Assembly (NCBI GenBank): GCA_964016885.1
Contig: OZ024741.1
Coordinates: 244,342,001 to 244,406,000 of the forward strand
Length of the DNA: 64,000 nucleotides
DNA from: Eledone cirrhosa
Lineage: Eukaryota
Direction of reading: 5' to 3'
Shown here in pieces: positions 35,701-50,800 of this stretch. The notes under the pieces are model-generated. The model searched no databases, was not told the DNA's origin, and was given only the letters and a program-made list of their open reading frames with translations. Numbering within the stretch: the stretch's first letter is position 1; the number at the start of each line of letters is the position of its first letter. The translations under genes and the position numbers were made by a program.

Positions 35701-38210
35701 ATTACAGATCGATCCGACCTGGGGCGGCCGGCCCACGATCGAAAAGGTAACTCCGGCGGCAAATTCGCATTTTTGTGATTCGTTTCTTTGAAGCACACCA
35801 TTCGCTGGTGGACTTCAGCTTCCTCATTTAGCATGGGCAGCTTTTCTTGAAAATCACACCACACACAGCCAATGAGTGTCTGCACATGTACCAGTAATTA
35901 CAGATCGATACGACCACGGGCGGCCTGCCCACGCTCGAAAAGGTAACTCCGCAGGCAAATTCGCATTTTTGTGATTCGTTTCTTCGAAGCTCACCATTCG
36001 CTGGTGGACTTCAGCTTCGTCATTTAGCATGGGCAGCTTTTCTTGAAAATCACACCACACTCAGCAAATGTGTGTCTGCACATGTACCAGTAATTACAGA
36101 TCGATCCGCCCACGGGTAGCCGGCCCACGATCGAAAATGTAACTCCGCCGGCAAATCCGCATTTTTGTGATTCGTTTCTTCGAAGCACACCATTCGCCGC
36201 CGGACTTCAGCTTCCACATTTAGCATGGGCAGCTTTTCTTGAAAATCACACCACACTCAGCAAATGTGTGTCTGCACATGTACCAGTAATTACAGATCGA
36301 TCCGCCCACGGGTGGCCGGCCCACGATCGAAAATGTAACTCCGCCGGCAAATCCGCATTTTTGTGATTCGTTTCTTCGAAGCACACCATTCGCCGCCGGA
36401 CTTCAGCTTCCACATTTGGCATGTGCAGCTTTTCTTGAAAATCACACCACACACAGCCAATCTGTGTCTGCACATGTACCAGTAATTACAGATCGATCCG
36501 ACCAAGGGCGGCCGGCCCACGATCGAAAAGGTAACTCCGCCGGCAAATCCGCATTTTTGTGATTCGTTTCTTCGAAGCACACCATTCGCTGGTGGACTTC
36601 AGCTTCCTCATTTAGCATGGGCAGCTTTTCTTGAAAATCACACCACACTCAGCAAATGTGTGTCTGCACATGTACCAGTAATTACAGATCGATCCGACCA
36701 CGGGCGGTCAGCCCACGATCGAAAAGGTAACTCCGCCGGCAAATCCGCATTTTTGTGATTCGTTTCTTCGAAGCACACCATTCGCCGCCGGACTTCAGCT
36801 TCCACATTTAGCATGGGCAGCTTTTCTTGAAAATCACACCACACTCAGCAAATGTGTGTCTGCACATGTACCAGTAATTACAGATCGATCGGACCACGGG
36901 CGGCCGGCTCACGATCGAAAAGGTAACTCCGCCGGCAAATCCGCATTTTTGTGATTCGTTTCTTCGAAGCACACCATTCGCCGCCGGACTTCAGCTTCCT
37001 CATTTAGCATGGGCAGCTTTTCTTGAAAATCACACCACACTCAGCAAATGTGTGTCTGCACATGTACCAGTAATTACAGATCGATCCGACCGCGGGCGGC
37101 CTGCCCACGATCGAAAAGGTAACTCCGCAGGCAAATTCGCATTTTTGTGATTCGTTTCTTCGAAGCACACCATTCGCCGCCGGACTTCAGCTTCCACATC
37201 TAGCATGGGCAGCTTTTCTTGAAAATCACACCACACTCAGCAAATGTGTGTCTGCACATGTACCAGTAATTACAGATCGATCCGCCCACGGGTGGCCGGC
37301 CCACGATCGAAAATGTAACTCCGCCGGCAAATCCGCATTTTTGTGATTCGTTTCTTCGAAGCACACCATTCGCCGCCGGACTTCAGCTTCCACATTTGGC
37401 ATGTGCAGCCTTTCTTGAAAATCACACCACACACAGCCAATCTGTGTCTGCACATGTACCAGTAATTACAGATCGATCCGACCAAGGGCGGCCGGCCCAC
37501 GATCGAAAAGGTAACTCCGCCGGCAAATCCGCATTTTTGTGATTCGTTTCTTCGAAGCACACCATTCGCCGCCGGACTTCAGCTTCCTCATTTAGCATGG
37601 GCAGCTTTTCTTGAAAATCACACCACACTCAGCAAATGTGTGTCTGCACATGTACCAGTAATTACAGATCGATCCGACCGCGGGCGGCCTGCCCACGATC
37701 GAAAAGGTAACTCCGCAGGCAAATTCGCATTTTTGTGATTCGTTTCTTCGAAGCACACCATTCGCTGGTGGACTTCAGCTTCGTCATTTAGCATGGGCAG
37801 CTTTTCTTGAAAATCACACCACACTCAGAAAATGTGTGTCTGCACAGGTACCAGTAATTACAGATCGATCCGCCCACGGGTAGCCGGCCCACGATCGAAA
37901 ATGTAACTCCGCCGGCAAATCCGCATTTTTGTGATTCGTTTCTTCGAAGCACACCATTCGCTGGTGGACTTCAGCTTCGTCATTTAGCATGGGCAGCTTT
38001 TCTTGAAAATCACACCACACTCAGCAAATGTGTGTCTGCACATGTACCAGTAATTACAGATCGATCCGCCCACGGGTAGCCGGCCCACGATCGAAAATGT
38101 AACTCCGCCGGCAAATCCGCATTTTTGTGATTCGTTTCTTCGAAGCACACCATTCGCCGCCGGACTTCAGCTTCCACATTTAGCATGGGCAGCTTTTCTT
38201 GAAAATCACA

Positions 38211-41200
38211 CCACACTCAGCAAATGTGTGTCTGCACATGTACCAGTAATTACAGATCGATCCGCCCACGGGTGGCCGGCCCACGATCGAAAATGTAACT
38301 CCGCCGGCAAATCCGCATTTTTGTGATTCGTTTCTTCGAAGCACACCATTCGCCGCCGGACTTCAGCTTCCACATTTGGCATGTGCAGCTTTTCTTGAAA
38401 ATCACACCACACACAGCCAATCTGTGTCTGCACATGTACCAGTAATTACAGATCGATCCGACCAAGGGCGGCCGGCCCACGATCGAAAAGGTAACTCCGC
38501 CGGCAAATCCGCATTTTTGTGATTCGTTTCTTCGAAGCACACCATTCGCCGCCGGACTTCAGCTTCCACATTTAGCATGGGCAGCTTTTCTTGAAAATCA
38601 CACCCCACTCAGCAAATGTGTGTCTGCACATGTACCAGTAATTACAGATCGATCGGACCACGGGCGGCCGGCTCACGATCGAAAAGGTAACTCCGCCGGC
38701 AAATCCGCATTTTTGTGATTCGTTTCTTCGAAGCACACCATTCGCCGCCGGACTTCAGCTTCCTCATTTAGCATGGGCAGCTTTTCTTGAAAATCACACC
38801 ACACTCAGCAAATGTGTGTCTGCACATGTACCAGTAATTACAGATCGATCCGACCGCGGGCGGCCTGCCCACGATCGAAAAGGTAACTCCGCAGGCAAAT
38901 TCGCATTTTTGTGATTCGTTTCTTCGAAGCACACCATTCGCCGCCGGACTTCAGCTTCCACATTTAGCATGGGCAGCTTTTCTTGAAAATCACACCACAC
39001 TCAGCAAATGTGTGTCTGCACATGTACCAGTAATTACAGATCGATCCGCCCACGGGTGGCCGGCCCACGATCGAAAATGTAACTCCGACGGCAAATCCGC
39101 ATTTTTGTGATTCGTTTCTTCGAAGCACACCATTCGCCGCCGGACTTCAGCTTCCACATTTGGCATGTGCAGCTTTTCTTGAAAATCACACCACACACAG
39201 CCAATCTGTGTCTGCACATGTACCAGTAATTACAGATCGATCCGACCAAGGGCGGCCGGCCCACGATCGAAAAGGTAACTCCGCCGGCAAATCCGCATTT
39301 TTGTGATTCGTTTCTTCGAAGCACACCATTCGCCGCCGGACTTCAGCTTCCTCATTTAGCATGGGCAGCTTTTCTTGAAAATCACACCACACTCAGCAAA
39401 TGTGTGTCTGCACATGTACCAGTAATTACAGATCGATCCGACCGCGGGCGGCCTGCCCACGATCGAAAAGGTAACTCCGCAGGCAAATTCGCATTTTTGT
39501 GATTCGTTTCTTCGAAGCACACCATTCGCTGGTGGACTTCAGCTTCGTCATTTAGCATGGGCAGCTTTTCTTGAAAATCACACCACACTCAGAAAATGTG
39601 TGTCTGCACAGGTACCAGTAATTACAGATCGATCCGCCCACGGGTAGCCGGCCCACGATCGAAAATGTAACTCCGCCGGCAAATCCGCATTTTTGTGATT
39701 CGTTTCTTCGAAGCACACCATTCGCTGGTGGACTTCAGCTTCGTCATTTAGCATGGGCAGCTTTTCTTGAAAATCACACCACACTCAGCAAATGTGTGTC
39801 TGCACATGTACCAGTAATTACAGATCGATCCGCCCACGGGTAGCCGGCCCACGATCGAAAATGTAACTCCGCCGGCAAATCCGCATTTTTGTGATTCGTT
39901 TCTTCGAAGCACACCATTCGCCGCCGGACTTCAGCTTCCACATTTAGCATGGGCAGCTTTTCTTGAAAATCACACCACACTCAGCAAATGTGTGTCTGCA
40001 CATGTACCAGTAATTACAGATCGATCCGCCCACGGGTGGCCGGCCCACGATCGAAAATGTAACTCCGCCGGCAAATCCGCATTTTTGTGATTCGTTTCTT
40101 CGAAGCACACCATTCGCCGCCGGACTTCAGCTTCCACATTTGGCATGTGCAGCTTTTCTTGAAAATCACACCACACACAGCCAATCTGTGTCTGCACATG
40201 TACCAGTAATTACAGATCGATCCGACCAAGGGCGGCCGGCCCACGATCGAAAAGGTAACTCCGCCGGCAAATCCGCATTTTTGTGATTCGTTTCTTCGAA
40301 GCACACCATTCGCTGGTGGACTTCAGCTTCCTCATTTAGCATGGGCAGCTTTTCTTGAAAATCACACCACACTCAGCAAATGTGTGTCTGCACATGTACC
40401 AGTAATTACAGATCGATCCGACCACGGGCGGTCAGCCCACGATCGAAAAGGTAACTCCGCCGGCAAATCCGCATTTTTGTGATTCGTTTCTTCGAAGCAC
40501 ACCATTCGCCGCCGGACTTCAGCTTCCACATTTAGCATGGGCAGCTTTTCTTGAAAATCACACCACACTCAGCAAATGTGTGTCTGCACATGTACCAGTA
40601 ATTACAGATCGATCGGACCACGGGCGGCCGGCTCACGATCGAAAAGGTAACTCCGCCGGCAAATCCGCATTTTTGTGATTCGTTTCTTCGAAGCACACCA
40701 TTCGCCGCCGGACTTCAGCTTCCTCATTTAGCATGGGCAGCTTTTCTTGAAAATCACACCACACTCAGCAAATGTGTGTCTGCACATGTACCAGTAATTA
40801 CAGATCGATCCGCCCACGGGTGGCCGGCCCACGATCGAAAATGTAACTCCGCCGGCAAATCCGCATTTTTGTGATTCGTTTCTTCGAAGCACACCATTCG
40901 CCGCCGGACTTCAGCTTCCACATTTGGCATGTGCAGCTTTTCTTGAAAATCACACCACACACAGCCAATCTGTGTCTGCACATGTACCAGTAATTACAGA
41001 TCGATCCGACCAAGGGCGGCCGGCCCACGATCGAAAAGGTAACTCCGCCGGCAAATCCGCATTTTTGTGATTCGTTTCTTCGAAGCACACCATTCGCCGC
41101 CGGACTTCAGCTTCCTCATTTAGCATGGGCAGCTTTTCTTGAAAATCACACCACACTCAGCAAATGTGTGTCTGCACATGTACCAGTAATTACAGATCGA

Positions 41201-44200
41201 TCCGACCGCGGGCGGCCTGCCCACGATCGAAAAGGTAACTCCGCAGGCAAATTCGCATTTTTGTGATTCGTTTCTTCGAAGCACACCATTCGCTGGTGGA
41301 CTTCAGCTTCGTCATTTAGCATGGGCAGCTTTTCTTGAAAATCACACCACACTCAGAAAATGTGTGTCTGCACATGTACCAGTAATTACAGATCGATCCG
41401 CCCACGGGTAGCCGGCTCACGATCGAAAATGTAACTCCGCCGGCAAATCCGCATTTTTGTGATTCGTTTCTTCGAAGCACACCATTCGCCGCCGGACTTC
41501 AGCTTCCACATTTAGCATGGGCAGCTTTTCTTGAAAATCACACCACACTCAGCAAATGTGTGTCTGCACATGTACCAGTAATTACAGATCGATCCGCCCA
41601 CGGGTGGCCGGCCCACGATCGAAAATGTAACTCCGCCGGCAAATCCGCATTTTTGTGATTCGTTTCTTCGAAGCACACCATTCGCCGCCGGACTTCAGCT
41701 TCCACATTTGGCATGTGCAGCTTTTCTTGAAAATCACACCACACACAGCCAATCTGTGTCTGCACATGTACCAGTAATTACAGATCGATCCGACCAAGGG
41801 CGGCCGGCCCACGATCGAAAAGGTAACTCCGCCGGCAAATCCGCATTTTTGTGATTCGTTTCTTCGAAGCACACCATTCGCCGCCGGACTTCAGCTTCCA
41901 CATTTAGCATGGGCAGCTTTTCTTGAAAATCACACCCCACTCAGCAAATGTGTGTCTGCACATGTACCAGTAATTACAGATCGATCGGACCACGGGCGGC
42001 CGGCTCACGATCGAAAAGGTAACTCCGCCGGCAAATCCGCATTTTTGTGATTCGTTTCTTCGAAGCACACCATTCGCCGCCGGACTTCAGCTTCCTCATT
42101 TAGCATGGGCAGCTTTTCTTGAAAATCACACCACACTCAGCAAATGTGTGTCTGCACATGTACCAGTAATTACAGATCGATCCGACCGCGGGCGGCCTGC
42201 CCACGATCGAAAAGGTAACTCCGCAGGCAAATTCGCATTTTTGTGATTCGTTTCTTCGAAGCACACCATTCGCCGCCGGACTTCAGCTTCCACATTTAGC
42301 ATGGGCAGCTTTTCTTGAAAATCACACCACACTCAGCAAATGTGTGTCTGCACATGTACCAGTAATTACAGATCGATCCGCCCACGGGTGGCCGGCCCAC
42401 GATCGAAAATGTAACTCCGACGGCAAATCCGCATTTTTGTGATTCGTTTCTTCGAAGCACACCATTCGCCGCCGGACTTCAGCTTCCACATTTGGCATGT
42501 GCAGCTTTTCTTGAAAATCACACCACACACAGCCAATCTGTGTCTGCACATGTACCAGTAATTACAGATCGATCCGACCAAGGGCGGCCGGCCCACGATC
42601 GAAAAGGTAACTCCGCCGGCAAATCCGCATTTTTGTGATTCGTTTCTTCGAAGCACACCATTCGCCGCCGGACTTCAGCTTCCTCATTTAGCATGGGCAG
42701 CTTTTCTTGAAAATCACACCACACTCAGCAAATGTGTGTCTGCACATGTACCAGTAATTACAGATCGATCCGACCGCGGGCGGCCTGCCCACGATCGAAA
42801 AGGTAACTCCGCAGGCAAATTCGCATTTTTGTGATTCGTTTCTTCGAAGCACACCATTCGCTGGTGGACTTCAGCTTCGTCATTTAGCATGGGCAGCTTT
42901 TCTTGAAAATCACACCACACTCAGAAAATGTGTGTCTGCACAGGTACCAGTAATTACAGATCGATCCGCCCACGGGTAGCCGGCCCACGATCGAAAATGT
43001 AACTCCGCCGGCAAATCCGCATTTTTGTGATTCGTTTCTTCGAAGCACACCATTCGCTGGTGGACTTCAGCTTCGTCATTTAGCATGGGCAGCTTTTCTT
43101 GAAAATCACACCACACTCAGCAAATGTGTGTCTGCACATGTACCAGTAATTACAGATCGATCCGCCCACGGGTAGCCGGCCCACGATCGAAAATGTAACT
43201 CCGCCGGCAAATCCGCATTTTTGTGATTCGTTTCTTCGAAGCACACCATTCGCCGCCGGACTTCAGCTTCCACATTTAGCATGGGCAGCTTTTCTTGAAA
43301 ATCACACCACACTCAGCAAATGTGTGTCTGCACATGTACCAGTAATTACAGATCGATCCGCCCACGGGTGGCCGGCCCACGATCGAAAATGTAACTCCGC
43401 CGGCAAATCCGCATTTTTGTGATTCGTTTCTTCGAAGCACACCATTCGCCGCCGGACTTCAGCTTCCACATTTGGCATGTGCAGCTTTTCTTGAAAATCA
43501 CACCACACACAGCCAATCTGTGTCTGCACATGTACCAGTAATTACAGATCGATCCGACCAAGGGCGGCCGGCCCACGATCGAAAAGGTAACTCCGCCGGC
43601 AAATCCGCATTTTTGTGATTCGTTTCTTCGAAGCACACCATTCGCTGGTGGACTTCAGCTTCCTCATTTAGCATGGGCAGCTTTTCTTGAAAATCACACC
43701 ACACTCAGCAAATGTGTGTCTGCACATGTACCAGTAATTACAGATCGATCCGACCACGGGCGGTCAGCCCACGATCGAAAAGGTAACTCCGCCGGCAAAT
43801 CCGCATTTTTGTGATTCGTTTCTTCGAAGCACACCATTCGCCGCCGGACTTCAGCTTCCACATTTAGCATGGGCAGCTTTTCTTGAAAATCACACCACAC
43901 TCAGCAAATGTGTGTCTGCACATGTACCAGTAATTACAGATCGATCGGACCACGGGCGGCCGGCTCACGATCGAAAAGGTAACTCCGCCGGCAAATCCGC
44001 ATTTTTGTGATTCGTTTCTTCGAAGCACACCATTCGCCGCCGGACTTCAGCTTCCTCATTTAGCATGGGCAGCTTTTCTTGAAAATCACACCACACTCAG
44101 CAAATGTGTGTCTGCACATGTACCAGTAATTACAGATCGATCCGCCCACGGGTGGCCGGCCCACGATCGAAAATGTAACTCCGCCGGCAAATCCGCATTT

Positions 44201-44874
44201 TTGTGATTCGTTTCTTCGAAGCACACCATTCGCCGCCGGACTTCAGCTTCCACATTTGGCATGTGCAGCTTTTCTTGAAAATCACACCACACACAGCCAA
44301 TCTGTGTCTGCACATGTACCAGTAATTACAGATCGATCCGACCAAGGGCGGCCGGCCCACGATCGAAAAGGTAACTCCGCCGGCAAATCCGCATTTTTGT
44401 GATTCGTTTCTTCGAAGCACACCATTCGCCGCCGGACTTCAGCTTCCTCATTTAGCATGGGCAGCTTTTCTTGAAAATCACACCACACTCAGCAAATGTG
44501 TGTCTGCACATGTACCAGTAATTACAGATCGATCCGACCGCGGGCGGCCTGCCCACGATCGAAAAGGTAACTCCGCAGGCAAATTCGCATTTTTGTGATT
44601 CGTTTCTTCGAAGCACACCATTCGCTGGTGGACTTCAGCTTCGTCATTTAGCATGGGCAGCTTTTCTTGAAAATCACACCACACTCAGAAAATGTGTGTC
44701 TGCACATGTACCAGTAATTACAGATCGATCCGCCCACGGGTAGCCGGCTCACGATCGAAAATGTAACTCCGCCGGCAAATCCGCATTTTTGTGATTCGTT
44801 TCTTCGAAGCACACCATTCGCCGCCGGACTTCAGCTTCCACATTTAGCATGGGCAGCTTTTCTTGAAAATCACA
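38211..44874 (+). repeat. Tandem duplication of a 17-monomer (3332 bp) block, overlapping an older 9-mer period
   Basis: Private SNPs CACCCCACTC (38601, 41933) and ACTCCGACGG (~39082, ~42414) recur at 3332 bp. CACAGGTACC occurs at ~37843, ~39607 and ~42939 (offsets 1764 and 3332). Confidence 0.9.
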
Positions 44875-47800
44875 CCACACTCAGCAAATGTGTGTCTGCA
44901 CATGTACCAGTAATTACAGATCGATCCGACCACGGGCGGCCTGCCCACGATCGAAGAGGTAACTCCGCAGGCAAATTCGCATTTTTGTGATTCGTTTCTT
45001 CGAAGCACACCATTCGCTGGTGGACTTCAGCTTCCTCATTTAGCATGGGCAGCTTTTCTTGAAAATCACACCACACTCAGCAAATGTGTGTCTGCACATG
45101 TACCAGTAATTACAGATCGATCGGACCACGGGCGGCCGGCTCACGATCGAAAAGGTAACTCCGCCGGCAAATCCGCATTTTTGTGATTCGTTTCTTCGAA
45201 GCTCACCATTCGCCGCCGGACTTCAGCTTCCTCATTTAGCATGGGCAGCTTTTCTCGAAAATCACAACACACTCAGCAAATGTGTGTCTGCACATGTACC
45301 AGTAATTACAGATCGATCCGACCTGGGGCGGCCGGCCCACGATCGAAAAGGTAACTCCGGCGGCAAATTCGCATTTTTGTGATTCGTTTCTTTGAAGCAC
45401 ACCATTCGCTGGTGGACTTCAGCTTCCTCATTTAGCATGGGTAGCTTTTCTTGAAAATCACACCACACACAGCCAATGAGTGTCTGCACATGTACCAGTA
45501 ATTACAGATCGATACGACCACGGACGGCCTGCCCACGATCGAAAAGGTAACTCCGCAGGCAAATTCGCATTTTTGTGATTCGTTTCTTCGAAGCACACCA
45601 TTCGCTGGTGGACTTCAGCTTCGTCATTTAGCATGGGCAGCTTTTCTTGAAAATCACACCACACTCAGCAAATGTGTCTGCACATGTACCAGTAATTACA
45701 GATCGATCCGCCCACGGGTAGCCGGCCCACGATCGAAAATGTAACTCCGCCGGCAAATCCGCATTTTTGTGATTCGTTTCTTCGAAGCACACCATTCGCC
45801 GCCGGACTTCAGCTTCCACATTTAGCATGGGCAGCTTTTCTTGAAAATCACACCACACTCAGCAAATGTGTGTCTGCACATGTACCAGTAATTACAGATC
45901 GATCCGCCCACGGGTGGCCGGCCCACGATCGAAAATGTAACTCCGCCGGCAAATCCGCATTTTTGTGATTCGTTTCTTCGAAGCACACCATTCGCCGCCG
46001 GACTTCAGCTTCCACATTTGGCATGTGCAGCTTTTCTTGAAAATCACACCACACACAGCCAATCTGTGTCTGCACATGTACCAGTAATTACAGATCGATC
46101 CGACCAAGGGCGGCCGGCCCACGATCGAAAAGGTAACTCCGCCGGCAAATCCGCATTTTTGTGATTCGTTTCTTCGAAGCACACCATTCGCTGGTGGACT
46201 TCAGCTTCCTCATTTAGCATGGGCAGCTTTTCTTGAAAATCACACCACACTCAGCAAATGTGTGTCTGCACATGTACCAGTAATTACAGATCGATCCGAC
46301 CACGGGCGGTCAGCCCACGATCGAAAAGGTAACTCCGCCGGCAAATCCGCATTTTTGTGATTCGTTTCTTCGAAGCACACCATTCGCCGCCGGACTTCAG
46401 CTTCCACATTTAGCATGGGCAGCTTTTCTTGAAAATCACACCACACTCAGCAAATGTGTGTCAGCACATGTACCAGTAATTACAGATCGATCGGACCACG
46501 GGCGGCCGGCTCACGATCGAAAAGGTAACTCCGCCGGCAAATCCGCATTTTTGTGATTCGTTTCTTCGAAGCACACCATTCGCCGCCGGACTTCAGCTTC
46601 CTCATTTAGCATGGGCAGCTTTTCTTGAAAATCACACCACACTCAGCAAATGTGTGTCTGCACATGTACCAGTAATTACAGATCGATCCGACCACGGGCG
46701 GCCTGCCCACGATCGAAGAGGTAACTCCGCAGGCAAATTCGCATTTTTGTGATTCGTTTCTTCGAAGCACACCATTCGCTGGTGGACTTCAGCTTCCTCA
46801 TTTAGCATGGGCAGCTTTTCTTGAAAATCACACCACACTCAGCAAATGTGTGTCTGCACATGTACCAGTAATTACAGATCGATCGGACCACGGGCGGCCG
46901 GCTCACGATCGAAAAGGTAACTCCGCCGGCAAATCCGCATTTTTGTGATTCGTTTCTTCGAAGCTCACCATTCGCCGCCGGACTTCAGCTTCCTCATTTA
47001 GCATGGGCAGCTTTTCTCGAAAATCACAACACACTCAGCAAATGTGTGTCTGCACATGTACCAGTAATTACAGATCGATCCGACCGCGGGCGGCCTGCCC
47101 ACGATCGAAAAGGTAACTCCGCAGGCAAATTCGCATTTTTGTGATTCGTTTCTTTGAAGCACACCATTCGCTGGTGGACTTCAGCATCGTCATTTAGCAT
47201 GGGCAGCTTTTCTTGAAAATCACACCACACTCAGAAAATGTGTGTCTGCACATGTACCAGTAATTACAGATCGATCCGCCCACGGGTAGCCGGCTCACGA
47301 TCGAAAATGTAACTCCGCCGGCAAATCCGCATTTTTGTGATTCGTTTCTTCGAAGCACACCATTCGCCGCCGGACTTCAGCTTCCACATTTAGCATGGGC
47401 AGCTTTTCTTGAAAATCACACCACACTCAGCAAATGTGTGTCTGCACATGTACCAGTAATTACAGATCGATCCGACCACGGGCGGCCTGCCCACGATCGA
47501 AGAGGTAACTCCGCAGGCAAATTCGCATTTTTGTGATTCGTTTCTTCGAAGCACACCATTCGCTGGTGGACTTCAGCTTCCTCATTTAGCATGGGCAGCT
47601 TTTCTTGAAAATCACACCACACTCAGCAAATGTGTGTCTGCACATGTACCAGTAATTACAGATCGATCGGACCACGGGCGGCCGGCTCACGATCGAAAAG
47701 GTAACTCCGCCGGCAAATCCGCATTTTTGTGATTCGTTTCTTCGAAGCTCACCATTCGCCGCCGGACTTCAGCTTCCTCATTTAGCATGGGCAGCTTTTC

Positions 47801-50800
47801 TCGAAAATCACAACACACTCAGCAAATGTGTGTCTGCACATGTACCAGTAATTACAGATCGATCCGACCTGGATCGGCCGGCCCACGATCGAAAAGGTAA
47901 CTCCGGCGGCAAATTCGCATTTTTGTGATTCGTTTCTTTGAAGCACACCATTCGCTGGTGGACTTCAGCTTCCTCATTTAGCATGGGTAGCTTTTCTTGA
48001 AAATCACACCACACACAGCCAATGAGTGTCTGCACATGTACCAGTAATTACAGATCGATACGACCACGGACGGCCTGCCCACGATCGAAAAGGTAACTCC
48101 GCAGGCAAATTCGCATTTTTGTGATTCGTTTCTTCGAAGCACACCATTCGCTGGTGGACTTCAGCTTCGTCATTTAGCATGGGCAGCTTTTCTTGAAAAT
48201 CACACCACACTCAGCAAATGTGTGTCTGCACATGTACCAGTAATTACAGATCGATCCGCCCACGGGTAGCCGGCCCACGATCGAAAATGTAACTCCGCCG
48301 GCAAATCCGCATTTTTGTGATTCGTTTCTTCGAAGCACACCATTCGCCGCCGGACTTCAGCTTCCACATTTAGCATGGGCAGCTTTTCTTGAAAATCACA
48401 CCACACTCAGCAAATGTGTGTCTGCACATGTACCAGTAATTACAGATCGATCCGCCCACGGGTGGCCGGCCCACGATCGAAAATGTAACTCCGCCGGCAA
48501 ATCCGCATTTTTGTGATTCGTTTCTTCGAAGCACACCATTCGCCGCCGGATTTCAGCTTCCACATTTGGCATGTGCAGCTTTTCTTGAAAATCACACCAC
48601 ACACAGCCAATCTGTGTCTGCACATGTACCAGTAATTACAGATCGATCCGACCAAGGGCGGCCGGCCCACGATCGAAAAGGTAACTCCGCCGGCAAATCC
48701 GCATTTTTGTGATTCGTTTCTTCGAAGCACACCATTCGCTGGTGGACTTCAGCTTCCTCATTTAGCATGGGCAGCTTTTCTTGAAAATCACACCACACTC
48801 AGCAAATGTGTGTCTGCACATGTACCAGTAATTACAGATCGATCCGACCACGGGCGGTCAGCCCACGATCGAAAAGGTAACTCCGCCGGCAAATCCGCAT
48901 TTTTGTGATTCGTTTCTTCGAAGCACACCATTCGCCGCCGGACTTCAGCTTCCACATTTAGCATGGGCAGCTTTTCTTGAAAATCACACCACACTCAGCA
49001 AATGTGTGTCAGCACATGTACCAGTAATTACAGATCGATCGGACCACGGGCGGCCGGCTCACGATCGAAAAGGTAACTCCGCCGGCAAATCCGCATTTTT
49101 GTGATTCGTTTCTTCGAAGCACACCATTCGCCGCCGGACTTCAGCTTCCTCATTTAGCATGGGCAGCTTTTCTTGAAAATCACACCACACTCAGCAAATG
49201 TGTGTCTGCACATGTACCAGTAATTACAGATCGATCCGACCACGGGCGGCCTGCCCACGATCGAAGAGGTAACTCCGCAGGCAAATTCGCATTTTTGTGA
49301 TTCGTTTCTTCGAAGCACACCATTCGCTGGTGGACTTCAGCTTCCTCATTTAGCATGGGCAGCTTTTCTTGAAAATCACACCACACTCAGCAAATGTGAG
49401 TCTGCACATGTACCAGTAATTACAGATCGATCGGACCACGGGCGGCCGGCTCACGATCGAAAAGGTAACTCCGCCGGCAAATCCGCATTTTTGTGATTCG
49501 TTTCTTCGAAGCTCACCATTCGCCGCCGGACTTCAGCTTCCTCATTTAGCATGGGCAGCTTTTCTCGAAAATCACAACACACTCAGCAAATGTGTGTCTG
49601 CACATGTACCAGTAATTACAGATCGATCCGACCGCGGGCGGCCTGCCCACGATCGAAAAGGTAACTCCGCAGGCAAATTCGCATTTTTGTGATTCGTTTC
49701 TTTGAAGCACACCATTCGCTGGTGGACTTCAGCTTCGTCATTTAGCATGGGCAGCTTTTCTTGAAAATCACACCACACTCAGAAAATGTGTGTCTGCACA
49801 TGTACCAGTAATTACAGATCGATCCGCCCACGGGTAGCCGGCTCACGATCGAAAATGTAACTCCGCCGGCAAATCCGCATTTTTGTGATTCGTTTCTTCG
49901 AAGCACACCATTCGCCGCCGGACTTCAGCTTCCACATTTAGCATGGGCAGCTTTTCTTGAAAATCACACCACACTCAGCAAATGTGTGTCTGCACATGTA
50001 CCAGTAATTACAGATCGATCCGACCACGGGCGGCCTGCCCACGATCGAAGAGGTAACTCCGCAGGCAAATTCGCATTTTTGTGATTCGTTTCTTCGAAGC
50101 ACACCATTCGCTGGTGGACTTCAGCTTCCTCATTTAGCATGGGCAGCTTTTCTTGAAAATCACACCACACTCAGCAAATGTGTGTCTGCACATGTACCAG
50201 TAATTACAGATCGATCGGACCACGGGCGGCCGGCTCACGATCGAAAAGGTAACTCCGCCGGCAAATCCGCATTTTTGTGATTCGTTTCTTCGAAGCTCAC
50301 CATTCGCCGCCGGACTTCAGCTTCCTCATTTAGCATGGGCAGCTTTTCTCGAAAATCACAACACACTCAGCAAATGTGTGTCTGCACATGTACCAGTAAT
50401 TACAGATCGATACGACCACGGACGGCCTGCCCACGATCGAAAAGGTAACTCCGCAGGCAAATTCGCATTTTTGTGATTCGTTTCTTCGAAGCACACCATT
50501 CGCTGGTGGACTTCAGCTTCGTCATTTAGCATGGGCAGCTTTTCTTGAAAATCACACCACACTCAGCAAATGTGTGTTTGCACATGTACCAGTAATTACA
50601 GATCGATCCGCCCACGGGTAGCCGGCCCACGATCGAAAATGTAACTCCGCCGGCAAATCCGCATTTTTGTGATTCGTTTCTTCGAAGCACACCATTCGCC
50701 GCCGGACTTCAGCTTCCACATTTAGCATGGGCAGCTTTTCTTGAAAATCACACCACACTCAGCAAATGTGTGTCTGCACATGTACCAGTAATTACAGATC

